The notes beneath the pieces were generated by a model. It was not told the origin of the DNA. It ran no database searches and saw only the letters and a program-made list of their open reading frames with translations. A stretch of DNA of 61,656 bases, the filler included, from Basidioascus undulatus (lineage: Eukaryota): NCBI GenBank assembly GCA_000826855.1. It is 4 parts of 4 records of this genome, joined end to end, with 100 filler letters (N's around TTAATTAATTAA, not from the genome) between each part and the next. Parts side by side here need not be neighbours in the genome. Positions count along the whole stretch, not along the records: positions 46,354 to 61,656 come from JTLS01000649.1; 3 more parts are not named here. One strand, written 5' to 3'. Both the position numbers and the translations under genes were made by a program. Of the stretch, positions 58,774 through 61,656 are shown in pieces; the first letter of the stretch is position 1, and the number at the start of each line of letters is the position of its first letter.

Positions 58774-61254
58774 ATGACAGCCGCAATTTCCGACCAGCAT
58801 GCCTACACACCGAGCGGGCGCGAAACACCAAGCGCACCAAGCGGTGCTTCGAGGCGAAATCTCTTGAACGATGCGCAGCGCTCCGATGCCTCCCTCTCGA
58901 CCCACGAGTCGGCCCACATCCATCACCAGTCACACCCACTCTCATGGCGGCACATCATCAAGAAGCCTGTTGTGAGGCAGTGCGTTCCGAGTACCAGCTG
59001 TGTTGTCGAGTGACTTGATGCTCCTCTCTGCGCGTTTGAAGGTGTATCCAAGACGGCATGCTCATCTGCGAGGGACGCTCGCGGGAGGCGAGTAATGTTG
59101 AACTGGCTTCCGATGTGAGTTTCTCATGAACTCCCTCTCACCAGAAACCGGCGAGTCTGACACTCCTCCTCACACAGCTCATTTTCGTGGGACTGTGGGT
59201 GTGGAGACTTCCTCCCTCGTGGCCTAGCACGACGCCAATTCCTGCCCACCAGCATCCACATTCTCGCCCACTCCGCTGCAGAGCCACCGTCGGGTGTCAA
59301 CATTCTCAAGTTTCTCCTCTTGTACCCCGCTTGTGCGTCCCACAGCTGACCTCGGGAGCACGATGGGCTAACCGTTGCTTGCTACCGTAGGCATGTCTGG
59401 TCCGACACCCTCAACGTCCGCTAAAAGATCATATCTCGAGATTTTTCTCTGGAATTTGACCCTCCCCCTTCAGTTCATCAATACCTCCGGCACCGACGAC
59501 CTCCCGCCGCGGCTCGCCATCCTCGCGATCATGCTGACGCTTCTTGGTTACTCCGCCAACGGATCTGGCGTGCAATTGGAGAAGCATGAGGGGAGCTGGG
59601 AGTTCGGCCATGGCTCAGTCAGCGAGGTCAGGGCGGCTGTCGCGTGCTTCCTTGTTGCGAAGGCGTTTAGAAGTGCGCAAAGCATTCCGGCCTCTTTTTC
59701 TACGGGCTTCGCCTCTGACTTCTCAGCCGCGGATTAACTGCCGTCGGACTCTACATCATCTAGTGCGCCTTTCCGCCCTCTTCTGAGGCTCAGCCAGCTA
59801 AACTTGTTACTTCTGCAGTGCCTTCCAGCTCGCGCTCTTCCGCGTCGCACTGATCGTCAACGCAGTCGCCATGCTGCTCACCGCTGTGCCCTACTTACCG
59901 CTGATGTTCGTTCTCGAGGGTTCGAACCGAATTATTCATCGTCCTCGCTGTGGAGGGGCTATCCCTCGACATGCGAGCGGTATGTGGTCTCGCTCGTCAA
60001 CAGGCACATCCGCGAGCGGGCGAAGCCCGGAAGTATGTTGTTGCCCGCGATCAAAATCGCGCAGGTCATGGTGATCTTTCTTATCGAATTTAGGCTTCGT
60101 GTGGAGCAGGAGTCTGACCTGCCGTACGCTTGCACGCCTCCAGCTACGTGTGCTGTCGACAACGCAGTGCTCATGCTTCGCCTGCCAGGTCCTCGTGCTT
60201 GGAGAGATCATCATCAAGTAGGCCAAGCTCTAATATTTCCAAGCCGGCTCTCATTGTTTATCCCTTTGATCGCGTTGTCTATACGGCCGCCGGCGACGAG
60301 ATCGGCATCGGCGAGCAGTACGGTCGCGCTGCGCTTTGTGTCATGACCGTTTTCTACATCAAGGGTGTTTCTTATTGTCAGAAAGATGGGGACGACTTTG
60401 TCTGACATCGAAGCTGTCTTTCCCAGTTGGCTGTAATTCGATGCAGACGCATCCAGGCACTACCGTTACATCATTCCTGATGAAACACCCGCTCAGAAGT
60501 ACTGATATTCTGGACCTCGAAATATCTTGCTCTCCGTCGAACATGGTGGAGTAGGCGCTCGAGTTTTCCGCTTCTATGAGAGGCGACACGGAGCTGACCG
60601 ATTCGTTGTGCAGCATCCATCACATTTACTCATCTGCACTGGCCGCTGTGGGCTGCGATCATCCTCATGTCTACGGCGATGGCAGCTGTCGTGGCGGATG
60701 CTGCTGTGGCGGATTATGCTGGAATGCCCTGGTCAGCCTTTCAAGTTTTCTGCACTACTGAAGCGGTTAACGGCACTAATCCCTTGTCAACAGGTTCATC
60801 GGCGGTGGGCTCGGCGTAATCATGGTTACCCTAACGCTGCGCAAGTGCCTATCCCTCCCTAACGTTAGTTACTGCGCTGACACCGCACATGCAGTCGGTC
60901 TTGTCCACATAAACCTCGACACCCCGTCCTCCCCTCTCATTCCCCGCCCCTTCCGCCTCGGCCTGCGCTTCCTCGCCGGCGTGCTGTTCGTCCTTCTTCC
61001 CTTGACTGAGCCTGTCGGCGCTTGGGATGCTCGGCGTCGATACGGCGATACTCGTAGCGCTTGTTACGGTCGAGGTTGCGGGGAAGCTAGGCGCGCATGG
61101 AGGGCACGAGAGGGCGGGGGTGGTCACGGAGGGGGAGCGCGGCGAGGTGCGTTGGTGGTCTCAGGATGATGCATTTAGGGGGGTAGGCGGCTCATTCTGG
61201 GAGAGGTGGGCAGGATATCTGGGTGTGGGGGGGAATCCGGGGAACGTCGTGTAG
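58774..61254 (+). pseudogene. LtrA (low temperature requirement A)-like multi-pass membrane gene, probably disrupted
   Basis: IIKKPVVRQ|W.IQDGML...REASNVELASD|LIFVG, LSVEH, HLLICTG and RLGLRFLAGVLFVLLPL resemble fungal LtrA motifs (ELFFDL.FV; EH..ER). The motifs are degenerate and there is an apparent frameshift at about 61025. Confidence 0.55.
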
Positions 61255-61576
61255 GAGAAGGTTACTAGGGGGAAAGAGACTACGTATGCGAGTTAACATT
61301 GTCGGGTAGGGCGACGAAGTGGTCTTGTCCTTTACCCTCATTGCTTGAGACCATGGTTCACTGCATTCCCATCAACGGCACCCATCAACGACACGTCCTG
61401 TGTGTTCGGGCAGAAGAGGTAGTTGCAGGGATACCAAACGCAGCGTTAGGAGTGGAACAGCCGTGCCTTTCACATATATTGCTCGTAGTTCCGCATTATG
61501 CACTTGAGTTTACGACGCCTGCCGCGAGTAGAAACAGAAACAGTGATGGAGATAGCTTTGCTGCGGCAAAAAGCTA

Positions 61577-61649
61577 AGCCCCACGCGGGGGTCGAACCCG
61601 CAGCCTTGAGATTAAGAGTCTCACGCTCTACCGATTGAGCTAGCGAGGC
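61577..61649 (-). tRNA. tRNA-Lys, anticodon CTT, intronless
   Basis: GCCTCGCTAGCTCAATCGGTAGAGCGTGAGACT-CTT-AATCTCAAGGCTGCGGGTTCGACCCCCGCGTGGGGCT folds as a cloverleaf with A and B boxes. A T5 Pol III terminator lies just downstream (61568-61572). Confidence 0.97.
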
Positions 61650-61656
61650 TTGTTGA

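Overview
GC-rich, intron-dense fungal (basidiomycete-type, probably Pucciniomycotina-like) genomic DNA. It consists of four contigs joined by artificial 100-nt spacers (44 N + TTAATTAATTAA + 44 N), so adjacency across the spacers is unproven. All gene models below were spliced by eye. Apparently intact genes: a membrane-anchored IAH1-like SGNH esterase, a type II membrane GDS...DxxH (PC-esterase-like) protein, a TPT-family nucleotide-sugar transporter, SNX4 (partial), a small Zn2Cys6 factor, a HIRIP3-like protein, a small RRM protein, a secreted VEKP-repeat protein, an MDR oxidoreductase, a ZIP zinc transporter, PBP1 (partial), cyanase, RTF2, a 2OG-Fe(II) dioxygenase and tRNA-Lys(CTT). Decayed gene relics are unusually dense between them (SGNH paralog, PC-esterase paralog, several F-box genes, 6-phosphogluconate dehydrogenase, I9 inhibitors, MFS, MYND finger, LtrA-like). 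The best candidate for an undescribed system is the roughly 0.9-13.2 kb block. There, secretory-pathway SGNH-fold acyl-transferase/esterase genes flank a nucleotide-sugar transporter, which suggests a clustered Golgi glycan O-acylation/de-acylation cassette whose duplicated outer members have decayed.
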